Notes under the pieces: generated by a model
Databases searched by the model: none
What the model saw: only the letters and a program-made list of their open reading frames with translations
What the model was told of the DNA's origin: nothing
Origin: Verrucomicrobiia bacterium
GTDB taxonomy: Bacteria; Verrucomicrobiota; Verrucomicrobiia; Limisphaerales; JADLHS01
Direction: 5' to 3'
Length of the DNA: 64,000 nt
Assembly: GCA_011525685.1 (NCBI GenBank)
Contig: WYBW01000089.1
Span: forward strand, 2,697 to 66,696
Program-made: the position numbers and the translations under genes
Shown: positions 39,576 through 46,939 of the stretch, one piece after another
How the letters are laid out: each line of letters starts with the position of its first letter
Position numbering within the stretch: the first letter of the stretch is position 1

Positions 39576-40555
39576 ACTTCGACAAGAAAGCGCTGGATAT
39601 TGACCCCGCGGCTGAGAGCGAGCGGATCATCCGCTTCATTCAAAAGAACGTTCGCATTACGATGCGCCGGGGTGGAGGCGTGGTTGGAATCAGCGGGGGC
39701 ATTGATTCTGCCGTGGTGCTGGCCATGACGGTTCGTGCATTTGGTGCGCGGAACGTTGTAGCCGTGATGATGCCGGACCGGGATTCCGACCCGGTCAGCG
39801 AAACCTACGCGCGCGAACTCGCCGGAGTTTTCGGGGTGACACCAATCCTTGAAGACATCACGGGCGCTCTGGAAGGGTTCCACTGTTATCGCCGTCGCGA
39901 TGCCGCCATCGCCCGGGTCGTTCCTGAATACGATCCCGCGAAAGGCCACAAAGCCAAGATTGTGCTGCCTTCGGACCTGCTGGAGAGCGGCACGTTGAAC
40001 GTTTTTTCGGTGACGGTGGTGTGTCCCGACGGACGTCAGGAAACCCGGCCCTTGCCGCCGCGCGAACTGCTCGAAATCGTGGCAGCAACCAACCTCAAAC
40101 AGCGCTCGCGCATGGCGACGCTGTATTATCATGCCGAGTCGCGGCAATTCGCCGTGATCGGTACCGCCAACAAGAACGAGCACGCTCAAGGTTTCTTTGT
40201 GAAGTACGGCGATGGTGGCGCGGATATCCAACCCATTGCCCATCTTTTCAAGTCGCAGATTTATCAACTCGCACGGCACCTGGACATCCCCCAGTCCATT
40301 CAACAGCGCACTCCCACCACCGACACGTACAGCGCGCCGTGCGATCAAGCGGAGTTTTTCTTCCGCCTGCCATTCGAAACGCTGGACCTCATCTGGCGTG
40401 GGCTGGAACTGGGCTTGCCCGCGGCGCAGGTCGCGAGGGTCATGGAGATGACGGAACTACAGGTTCAGCGGGTTTTTGACGATATACAGCGCAAACAGCG
40501 GGCGACGCAGTATCTGCGAATGTCGCCACCCATCCCGGAGGCGGCAGCATCATGA
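39572..40555 (+). CDS. NAD+ synthetase (NadE)-like PP-loop ATP pyrophosphatase/amidoligase
   Basis: AGGAGG lies upstream of ATG 39572, with an ATGA overlap with AsnB. PP-loop VVGISGGIDSAVV. NKNEHAQGFFVKYGDGGADIQPIAHLFKSQIYQLARHLDIP matches the NadE core pattern. The tracked ORF 39536 is a short extension. Confidence 0.8.
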   Translation: MNFDKKALDIDPAAESERIIRFIQKNVRITMRRGGGVVGISGGIDSAVVLAMTVRAFGARNVVAVMMPDRDSDPVSETYARELAGVFGVTPILEDITGALEGFHCYRRRDAAIARVVPEYDPAKGHKAKIVLPSDLLESGTLNVFSVTVVCPDGRQETRPLPPRELLEIVAATNLKQRSRMATLYYHAESRQFAVIGTANKNEHAQGFFVKYGDGGADIQPIAHLFKSQIYQLARHLDIPQSIQQRTPTTDTYSAPCDQAEFFFRLPFETLDLIWRGLELGLPAAQVARVMEMTELQVQRVFDDIQRKQRATQYLRMSPPIPEAAAS

Positions 40556-41460
40556 ACCGGAAACCTCTTGGAACGACAAACCTCGAGGTGCCGGAAGTCG
40601 GTTTGGGCACGTGGGCTTATCACGCGGGGCCGGAACCGTTGCGGCGCGGTCTTGAAGCCGGGGCGCTTTTCATCGACACGGCGGAATCTTATGGTAGCGA
40701 ACCGGTCGTTGCCGAGGCAATGCGCGGGTTGCGCGACCAGGTGTTTCTGGCCACCAAGGTTTCACCAGAGAACTTTCGCCGGGCCGACTTGTTCCGGGCT
40801 GCGGACCAGAGCCTCCAGCGGTTGCACACCGACCGGATTGACCTTTATCAATTGCACCAACCGAATCCAGACATTCCCATCGCCGAAACGATGGCAGCGA
40901 TGGAGGAACTCGTGAACGCCGGCAAGGTTCGCTATATCGGGGTTTCCAATTTTTCCGTGCAGCAACTGCAACACGCGCAAGCGGCATTGCGGAAACACAA
41001 GATTGTGGCCAACCAGGTTCGCTATAACCTTGTGGATCGCACCATCGAACCGGACCTGCTGCCCTTTTGCGCAGCCAACGGCATCACGGTTATCGCTTAC
41101 AGCCCACTGGGGCGCGAATGGCATCGCCTCGCCGATGGCGACCCCAAGGGCGTATTGCGGACCGTTGCAGCGGAAACCGGCAGGACCCCGGCGCAAGTTG
41201 CACTCAACTGGTGCCTATGCCAAGAGCCAGTGGTGGTGATTCCCAAAGGCAACTCGATCGCGCACGTGGTCGAGAATTGCGGCGCTTCCGGCTGGCGTCT
41301 GAGCAGGGAACAGCGGGCCCGCCTGGACAGGGAGATTGTTTTTCGCCGACGCAGTCCTTTCGAGATGTTGCTCCGCAGAAGCGTTCCGCCGGGAATCACC
41401 CAAAGCGTGCGCCGCATGACGCGCTGGCTGCCGCGCGGATTGCGGCGACGTCTTGGTTGA
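40552..41460 (+). CDS. Aldo/keto reductase
   Basis: MNRKPLGTTNLEVPEVGLGTWAY, FIDTAESYG, DLYQLHQPN, IGVSNFS: the classic AKR motif series. ATGA overlap with the upstream gene. Confidence 0.9.
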   Translation: MNRKPLGTTNLEVPEVGLGTWAYHAGPEPLRRGLEAGALFIDTAESYGSEPVVAEAMRGLRDQVFLATKVSPENFRRADLFRAADQSLQRLHTDRIDLYQLHQPNPDIPIAETMAAMEELVNAGKVRYIGVSNFSVQQLQHAQAALRKHKIVANQVRYNLVDRTIEPDLLPFCAANGITVIAYSPLGREWHRLADGDPKGVLRTVAAETGRTPAQVALNWCLCQEPVVVIPKGNSIAHVVENCGASGWRLSREQRARLDREIVFRRRSPFEMLLRRSVPPGITQSVRRMTRWLPRGLRRRLG

Positions 41461-41489
41461 AATGCGAAATCTGCATTTCGAAACAACTC

Positions 41490-41777
41490 ATGAATGATCC
41501 AACTCAAACACCGGATGTGGAATCGCTCCTCCGCGATTTCATCGCGCAAAAGATCCTGTTTAGCGACAGCGGGTTTCCCTACCCGGATGACGCCTCGTTT
41601 TTGCAGGAGGGGATCATTGATTCGCTCGGGGTTATGGAACTGGTAGAATACGTCCAGCAGACTTTTGGCATCAAAGTGGAACAGTCAGAGGTGACCCCTC
41701 AACATTTTGATTCAATCGCCGGACTGTCGGCGTTTGTCCGTCTTAAAGGCGGCGGCGCCCGGCCACGCTCATCCTGA
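41490..41777 (+). CDS. Acyl carrier protein
   Basis: A 95-aa product from ATG 41490 (MNDPTQTPDVESLLRDFIAQKILF...). Phosphopantetheine-attachment context GIIDSLGVMELVEYVQQTFG. The tracked 236-aa ORF 41067..41777 is an artefactual extension into the AKR gene. Confidence 0.85.
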   Translation: MNDPTQTPDVESLLRDFIAQKILFSDSGFPYPDDASFLQEGIIDSLGVMELVEYVQQTFGIKVEQSEVTPQHFDSIAGLSAFVRLKGGGARPRSS

Positions 41778-41801
41778 AGTGATTCCACTCCTGCAACCAC
41801 C

Positions 41802-42320
41802 TTGAGCAAGCCATTTCTCAGGCGGGTGACGAACCGATGGTTTCACCTGTTGGCGCGATTCTGTCCGGGTGCGACTACGTTCCGGCCGTTTCTGCATCGG
41901 GTGCGGGGTGTCAAGATCGGTCGCAACGTGTTCATTGGGGAAGAAGTCTATTTGGACAACGAGTACCCTGAGTGCATCGAAATTCAGGACGACGTACAAA
42001 TCAGCATCCGGGCGATTGTGATCGCGCACACCCGCGGCAGTGGCAAGGTCATTGTGGAGAAGGCGGCCTTTATCGGGCCGAATTCGGTGCTCGTGTGTGG
42101 GGCAGGCCGACTCTTGCGCATCGGAGCGGGAGCAGTGGTCGGAGCCGGGTCGGTTGTCACGAAGAGCGTACCAGCGGGGCTTTATGTCGGTCCCGGCCCA
42201 ACGCAACCGTTAGCGCGGGTCGGCATGCCGCTGCCGCTGGCAAACACGATGGAGGAGTTTTGGGCCGGCTTGATTCCGCTGTCCGTGGGAAACGCTGACC
42301 GTACGGAGCAAAAGCATTGA
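41802..42320 (+). CDS. Hexapeptide-repeat (LbH) acyltransferase (WcaF/maltose-O-acetyltransferase-like)
   Basis: VKIGRNVFIGEEVYL, IQDDVQISIRAIVIAH, AFIGPNSVLVCGAGRLLRIGAGAVVGAGSVVTKSVPAGLYVGPGP. TTG start at 41802 (alternative GTG 41826); no in-frame ATG nearby. Confidence 0.8.
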   Translation: MSKPFLRRVTNRWFHLLARFCPGATTFRPFLHRVRGVKIGRNVFIGEEVYLDNEYPECIEIQDDVQISIRAIVIAHTRGSGKVIVEKAAFIGPNSVLVCGAGRLLRIGAGAVVGAGSVVTKSVPAGLYVGPGPTQPLARVGMPLPLANTMEEFWAGLIPLSVGNADRTEQKH

Positions 42321-42754
42321 GCATCCATGGCCAAACAGCCAGACGCGAATCGGCGGTTTTCACCACCAAGAAGAGGATCACATTGAGCCAACGGCACCCT
42401 TTGGCGACCTCCCCAACCAACATGCACCATTACCAAGGTGAAATGTGGACGGAGAGAATCACTGGCCATATCATCATCGTTGCGCATCGTGAGCCGGCAT
42501 GTCAAAAGGAAGGGGGCGTCCAGTGGGGACTCTGTTGAAGAGAGAGGGTACGCGAAAGGGCTATTACAGTCCTGCTCTTGTACCATCAATTGACTGCGTC
42601 GGAGCAACGGCTCTTTGTGGGCGGCCTCGTTGAAGCTTTGCAGTTGGACTGCACCGCGTGAATATAACCGGCATGTCGGCTGCTGGCCCTGCCCCGCTTG
42701 TTGCTTAGTCCGTAGCTCGACCCAACGTATCGAATCAGCACTCGGGAAGCTTTT

Positions 42755-42788
42755 CCCCAAGCCTCTTGGCTTGGGGATTTGTCTTTAT
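42755..42788 (+). terminator. Intrinsic-terminator-like hairpin with T-rich tail
   Basis: Perfect 9-bp GC-rich stem CCCCAAGCC/GGCTTGGGG (42755-42763 / 42768-42776) with a 4-nt loop, followed by ATTTGTCTTTAT. On the - strand the tail would be A-rich, so the orientation is +. Confidence 0.6.
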
Positions 42789-42984
42789 CGGCCATGAGAT
42801 TTCGCCGCTAATAGCAGACGGGCGGCATGGCGGCACATCTCGGCGATGGTAAGCAATGGCTGACAATGTCGGTTTCATCAGACAATGGACTGGGCCATTT
42901 GCGTGTCAGAACAAGATTGCCCCATGCGGATGAAGGGTATTGTCTTTACATCCAGATCGGAGATTATATGAAGGTATTGACCTG

Positions 42985-45900
42985 ATGATGAACAAAGAGA
43001 TCAAAGCGGGCTGCTTTTGGATGGCATTATGGCTGATCGGTGTGACGTTCCACCCCGCGTGTTTGTCCTTGGCTGCAACGCTTGACACCCATACGGTGGC
43101 GTTGGATGGGGAGGGGAAGTTGATACCGTGGACGGCGGATCCGGGTCAGGGGTATGACCGGGTGATGTATTTGTCGTGGGATTTGTTGAAGAACCGGATG
43201 CCGAACAACCCGGCCAACGGGCTGCCGGTGACCTACACGCACTCGGAGTATGATCCGGGCAGCTTGACCGGGAGCAGTTGGCCCAACAATGCCGCGAGCA
43301 AGGCGGCCATGTTGGCGGATTCGGCGGTGCTGTATTATGCCTACTCGGGGGATTACGGGGTCATCACTCTGGTGCGCGGGCTGCTGGACCATCACCTGCA
43401 GCACGGCACGACGCCGACCAACCATGTGTGGGCGCGCGTGCCCTGGTCCACGGCGGCGGCGGGCTCGATCACTTTCGGCAATGATTCGATGGTCGAGGGG
43501 GTAGGGGTGCTGGAGCCGGACAAGGTGGGGGAGTTGGGGTATCACGGTTATCTGCGGTTCTACCAGTTGACGGGTGAAACCAATTACCTTGCAGCGGCGC
43601 TGGCGTGTGCGGATGCGTTGGCGTTGCATGTGCGAATCGGCAACGCGACGCAATCGCCCTGGCCGTTTCGGGTCGTGGCGCAGACGGGAGCGGTGCGGGA
43701 TGATTACTGTTCGCATGTCATCGCCCCGATCCGGCTGTTTGATGAGTTGATCCGGCTGGGTTTGGGGGATACCAACGCTTACCAAAGTGCGCGGCAGAAG
43801 GCGTGGAACTGGCTGCTGACCTATCCCATGAGCAACCGGGCTTGGGCGGCTTACTTTGAAGACATGTCGGGTTACATAGGAAATCTGAACCAGTATGGCC
43901 CTGGCCAGACCGCGCGCTATCTGTTGGAGCGTCCGGAACTTGACCCCAACTGGTACGATCACGTGACCAATCTGCTGGGGTTCATCGAGAGCACTTTTGG
44001 CGGGACGGACATGGGGGAGCCGGGGCTGCAGTACGGGGCACGAGTGATCTCCGAGCAAACGGACTACAAATATAAGATGGCCAGCCACACGTCGCGTTTT
44101 GGGGCGGCGAACGCGTTGTTATATTCACTGACGGGCGATCTCGCGGTCAAAGACAAGGCCTATCGCTCGCTGAACTGGAGCACCTACATGTGCCGCAACA
44201 ATGGAGTGGTGATTGAAGGTCCCTACGAAAACGCCAACCGCGGCTACTGCTGGTTCAGTGACGGGCACGGGGACTACATCCGCCATTTCATGCTGGCCAT
44301 AGGGGCGGTGCCGGAATGGGCACCGGCGGGACAGAATCATATCGTGCGATCAACCTCGGTGATCAAGTCGGTGGTCTACACCACCAACAGCGTCACTTAC
44401 ACCACCTTCGACAGTGCTTCGACTGAGACGTTGAGGCTGGGATTCACGCCGGGGGTGGTATTGGTGGACGGGGTCGCGCTTAATCCGAGAGCGGACGTGG
44501 CCGAACCGGGCTGGGTCTTCGACCCGAGCACTGCGGTTCTGCGGATCCGGCATGACGTGGGTACACAAGTGCAGGTGCTGGCCGGCGTTCCGCCGCCGTC
44601 GATTGTCACCAGTTTCCTCCCGACTGGAGTGATCCAGCAGCCTTACCTGGCTGCGCTGACGGCCAGCGGGGGCGTTCCGCCTTATGCGTGGTCGCTGGAA
44701 AGCGGGGTGCTGCCTGCCGGGCTGACGCTCAACGCGACTGGCAATCTTGGCGGGACGCCCACCGTCGCCGGAACGTTCAGTTTCACCATTCAAGCCAGCG
44801 ATGCCAGCGACCCGGTGCAGACGGCGAGCAAGGCGTTGAGCCTGCAGATTCTAGGAACGTTGCAGTCCATCGCGGTGACGCCGGCCAATGCCAGCGTTCC
44901 GGTGGGTGGAACTCAACCGTATGCGGCCACAGGGACGTATAGCGATGGGAGTGTTCAGGACCTGACCGGCCAGGTGACGTGGGCTTCGTCCCACCCTGAG
45001 GTGGCCACCATCAACGCCAATGGTGTGGCCACAGCCATTGCCCCCGGGACCACCACGATCTCGGCAGCCTTGAATGGGATGGTCGAGGGCGTGTCGCTAA
45101 CGGTTGAATCCCCGCCGTCGCTTACGATCGCCACCTACTTTTTGAAGGATGGTTTGGTGAGGATTCCATACTCGGCCAGCTTGAGCGCGGTGGCGGGTGT
45201 GCCGCCCTATACTTGGTCGCTGGTCAGTGGCTCGTTGCCTCCCGGTTTGGCGCTCAATAGCGGGAGCGGCGTGCTTTCCGGTACACCTGGCAGTCCGGGG
45301 GCGTTCTCATTTACGGTTCGGGTTGTGGATGCAGGCGCGGTCTCACAGAGCGTTACCAGACCCATGACCTTGACCATAAACGCGACGGGCACCTTTGGGA
45401 ACACAGTGGACGGAAGTCAAACTGATGCACTTTGGAACAATGGTGCATGGATCAACGCGGCGCGGTTCCAGTGTGCCTCCAACATGACGGTGTCCTCTGT
45501 GCAGGCCAAGGTGGTGGGGATTGCCGGCCGGTATAAGTGTGCCATTTACACCGACGCGAGCAGCCTGCCAAGCCGCCTGCTGGGCCGCACCACCGAGGTG
45601 GTCGGTCCCGCCTTGGGCTGGCATGTCTTTCCGCTCATCAACCCGGTTGCGTTGACCAACGGCCAGTTTTATTGGCTCGCAGTTTGGTCGGACGATGCTG
45701 CTGCCCGCGCCTACCACTCAGGGAGCTCTGGCACTCTGCGATGGGGGCGCTACGATTTCGGCGAGTGGCCCGACCCGCTCTCCACCAGCAGCGGCGGCAA
45801 TTTCAATTATTCGATTTACGCCTCGGGCCATTCGACGCCCGTCTTGGGGCTGATTACACTTGTGCCGCCTGCGCCAACCATTACCTACGGCGACTCGCTT

Positions 45901-46566
45901 CAGATGGCGGCCACCGGGTATTACACCGACGGGAGCGTGTCCAACCTTACGACTTCCGCGGCATGGCAGACATTGAGTTCCAGTGTGGCCGCGGTGGGCT
46001 CAAGCGGCTTGGTGACTGGTAACTCCTCTGGTTCAACGACCATCTCGGCCGAAGTTGGGGAAGTGACGGGCACGACACCGATAATAATTGACGCCCGTCC
46101 GTTGAGCGTCGTGGCCAACGATGCGAGCCGCGTCTATGGCGAAGCCAATCCGGTTTTCAGTGGGGTGATCAATGGCCTCGTGGTCGGGGACGGCATCTCC
46201 GCCACCTATACCACGACGGCCACCAGCGAGAGCCCTGTCGGAGACTACGACATCGTGCCGGAGCTTATGGACCCTCAGAACCGTTTGGAGAATTACACGG
46301 TGACGTTGGTCAATGGCGTTCTCAAGATTTTTGCCCCGCCGCAGTTGTTGGATGTCTTCGAATCACCCCAAGGCACTTTAGTAGTCGTTTGGCAGGTTGT
46401 GGCGGGCCGGACTTACCGGTTTCAATACAAGGAAAGTCTGACTGATGCAGTCTGGACGCCATTGCGAGATGACTTCGTCGCGGATTCAACCTCTGTGGTT
46501 CTCATTGAAAGCATGGGAGCGAGGCTTCAGGGATTCTACCGCCTTCTGGATGTAACGCCGCCGTAA
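42985..46566 (+). CDS. Giant secreted protein A (1193 aa)
   Basis: The likely start is ATG 42985 (MMNKEIKAGCFWMALWLIGVTFHPACLSLAATL, a signal-like sequence); the tracked ORF starts at 42940. Domain order:
- alpha/alpha-barrel-like N-terminal region;
- He_PIG: GGVPPYAWSLESGVLPAGLTLNATGNLGGTPTVAGTFSFTIQASD;
- Big_2: VTPANASVPVGGTQPYAATGTYSDGSVQDLTGQVTWASS;
- second He_PIG;
- recurrent module X;
- second Big_2;
- MBG-like: RVYGEANPVFSGVINGLVVGDGISATYTTTATSESPVGDYDIV;
- C-terminal beta-sandwich.

It ends ...GFYRLLDVTPP with no PEP-CTERM-like tail. Confidence 0.8.
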   Translation: MMNKEIKAGCFWMALWLIGVTFHPACLSLAATLDTHTVALDGEGKLIPWTADPGQGYDRVMYLSWDLLKNRMPNNPANGLPVTYTHSEYDPGSLTGSSWPNNAASKAAMLADSAVLYYAYSGDYGVITLVRGLLDHHLQHGTTPTNHVWARVPWSTAAAGSITFGNDSMVEGVGVLEPDKVGELGYHGYLRFYQLTGETNYLAAALACADALALHVRIGNATQSPWPFRVVAQTGAVRDDYCSHVIAPIRLFDELIRLGLGDTNAYQSARQKAWNWLLTYPMSNRAWAAYFEDMSGYIGNLNQYGPGQTARYLLERPELDPNWYDHVTNLLGFIESTFGGTDMGEPGLQYGARVISEQTDYKYKMASHTSRFGAANALLYSLTGDLAVKDKAYRSLNWSTYMCRNNGVVIEGPYENANRGYCWFSDGHGDYIRHFMLAIGAVPEWAPAGQNHIVRSTSVIKSVVYTTNSVTYTTFDSASTETLRLGFTPGVVLVDGVALNPRADVAEPGWVFDPSTAVLRIRHDVGTQVQVLAGVPPPSIVTSFLPTGVIQQPYLAALTASGGVPPYAWSLESGVLPAGLTLNATGNLGGTPTVAGTFSFTIQASDASDPVQTASKALSLQILGTLQSIAVTPANASVPVGGTQPYAATGTYSDGSVQDLTGQVTWASSHPEVATINANGVATAIAPGTTTISAALNGMVEGVSLTVESPPSLTIATYFLKDGLVRIPYSASLSAVAGVPPYTWSLVSGSLPPGLALNSGSGVLSGTPGSPGAFSFTVRVVDAGAVSQSVTRPMTLTINATGTFGNTVDGSQTDALWNNGAWINAARFQCASNMTVSSVQAKVVGIAGRYKCAIYTDASSLPSRLLGRTTEVVGPALGWHVFPLINPVALTNGQFYWLAVWSDDAAARAYHSGSSGTLRWGRYDFGEWPDPLSTSSGGNFNYSIYASGHSTPVLGLITLVPPAPTITYGDSLQMAATGYYTDGSVSNLTTSAAWQTLSSSVAAVGSSGLVTGNSSGSTTISAEVGEVTGTTPIIIDARPLSVVANDASRVYGEANPVFSGVINGLVVGDGISATYTTTATSESPVGDYDIVPELMDPQNRLENYTVTLVNGVLKIFAPPQLLDVFESPQGTLVVVWQVVAGRTYRFQYKESLTDAVWTPLRDDFVADSTSVVLIESMGARLQGFYRLLDVTPP
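45388..45828 (+). repeat. Module X copy 1 (in giant A)
   Basis: GTFGNTVDGSQTDALWNNGAWINAARFQCASNMTVSSVQAKVVGIAGRYKCAIYTD...GWHVFPL...LTNGQFYWLAVWSDD...GTLRWGRYDFGEWPDPLSTSSGGNFNYSIYASG. Confidence 0.7.
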
Positions 46567-46589
46567 AGCGACCGTCAGAGCCCTTGTGT

Positions 46590-46623
46590 GAGGCCCATCG
46601 TGCATGCTGTGGCGATGGGCCTC
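46590..46623 (+). terminator. Terminator-like hairpin 24 nt after the stop of giant A
   Basis: Perfect 11-bp stem GAGGCCCATCG/CGATGGGCCTC (46590-46600 / 46613-46623) with a 12-nt loop. It is followed by GCGAGTTTGGTG, a weak U-tract. Confidence 0.5.
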
Positions 46624-46939
46624 GCGAGTTTGGTGAAAATGCCGGCGTCGGGTCGTTTGCGGACAGGGCCGTACGTAATCTATTCCATCGCAGTGTTCCC
46701 CCTCTGGTCGCATAGTTGATGTGCAGGCCTTGTCATCTTGTCACGAACTGAGGGGCAAGCCTTGCCCCGGCTCCTGTTCGGCAGAGTGCAGCGATCGCGA
46801 TTTGGCTGAGTGCCGCGAGTGAAATTGAAGCATTTGGATTCATCCACTGGCATCAGGTTTCACTTGGCAGTCTGCTTCGCGCGATGTGATGAGTTGCGCG
46901 CTTGGTGCTGCTGGTTTGGGAGTGTTCCGGTGATCCAGG

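Noticed and set aside
41067-41777. 236-aa + strand ORF overlapping the 3' half of the aldo/keto reductase.
   Set aside because: Only the last 95 aa (from ATG 41490) look like a protein, namely an ACP with a DSL motif. The upstream part is an out-of-frame read-through of the AKR gene with Arg/Pro-rich nonsense. The same logic applies to the extended ORFs 6525, 6730, 13815, 28191, 30153 and 39536.
42615-42797. 60-aa Cys-rich small ORF (…CWPCPACC…) ending just after the 42755 hairpin, and the 73-aa ORF 42317..42538.
   Set aside because: It has a TTG start, no visible ribosome-binding site and no recognisable peptide family, and it runs through the terminator stem. This is insufficient to call a gene. 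The region is reported as a non-coding gap instead.
42945-42970. Possible sigma70-like promoter TTTACA ... TATATG upstream of giant A.
   Set aside because: The spacer is only 13-14 nt. The -10 element would sit about 15 nt from the proposed start codon. The promoter consensus of this lineage is unknown to me, so this is not callable.
46400-46566. PEP-CTERM, LPXTG or other sorting tails at the C-termini of the large secreted proteins (ends at 25243, 46566 and 56287).
   Set aside because: The C-termini read ...PPRNLAVIP, ...GFYRLLDVTPP and ...NYWVDVVFVPAAP. None has a PEP motif followed by a TM helix and a basic tail, and none has LPXTG, so no sorting signal is claimed.
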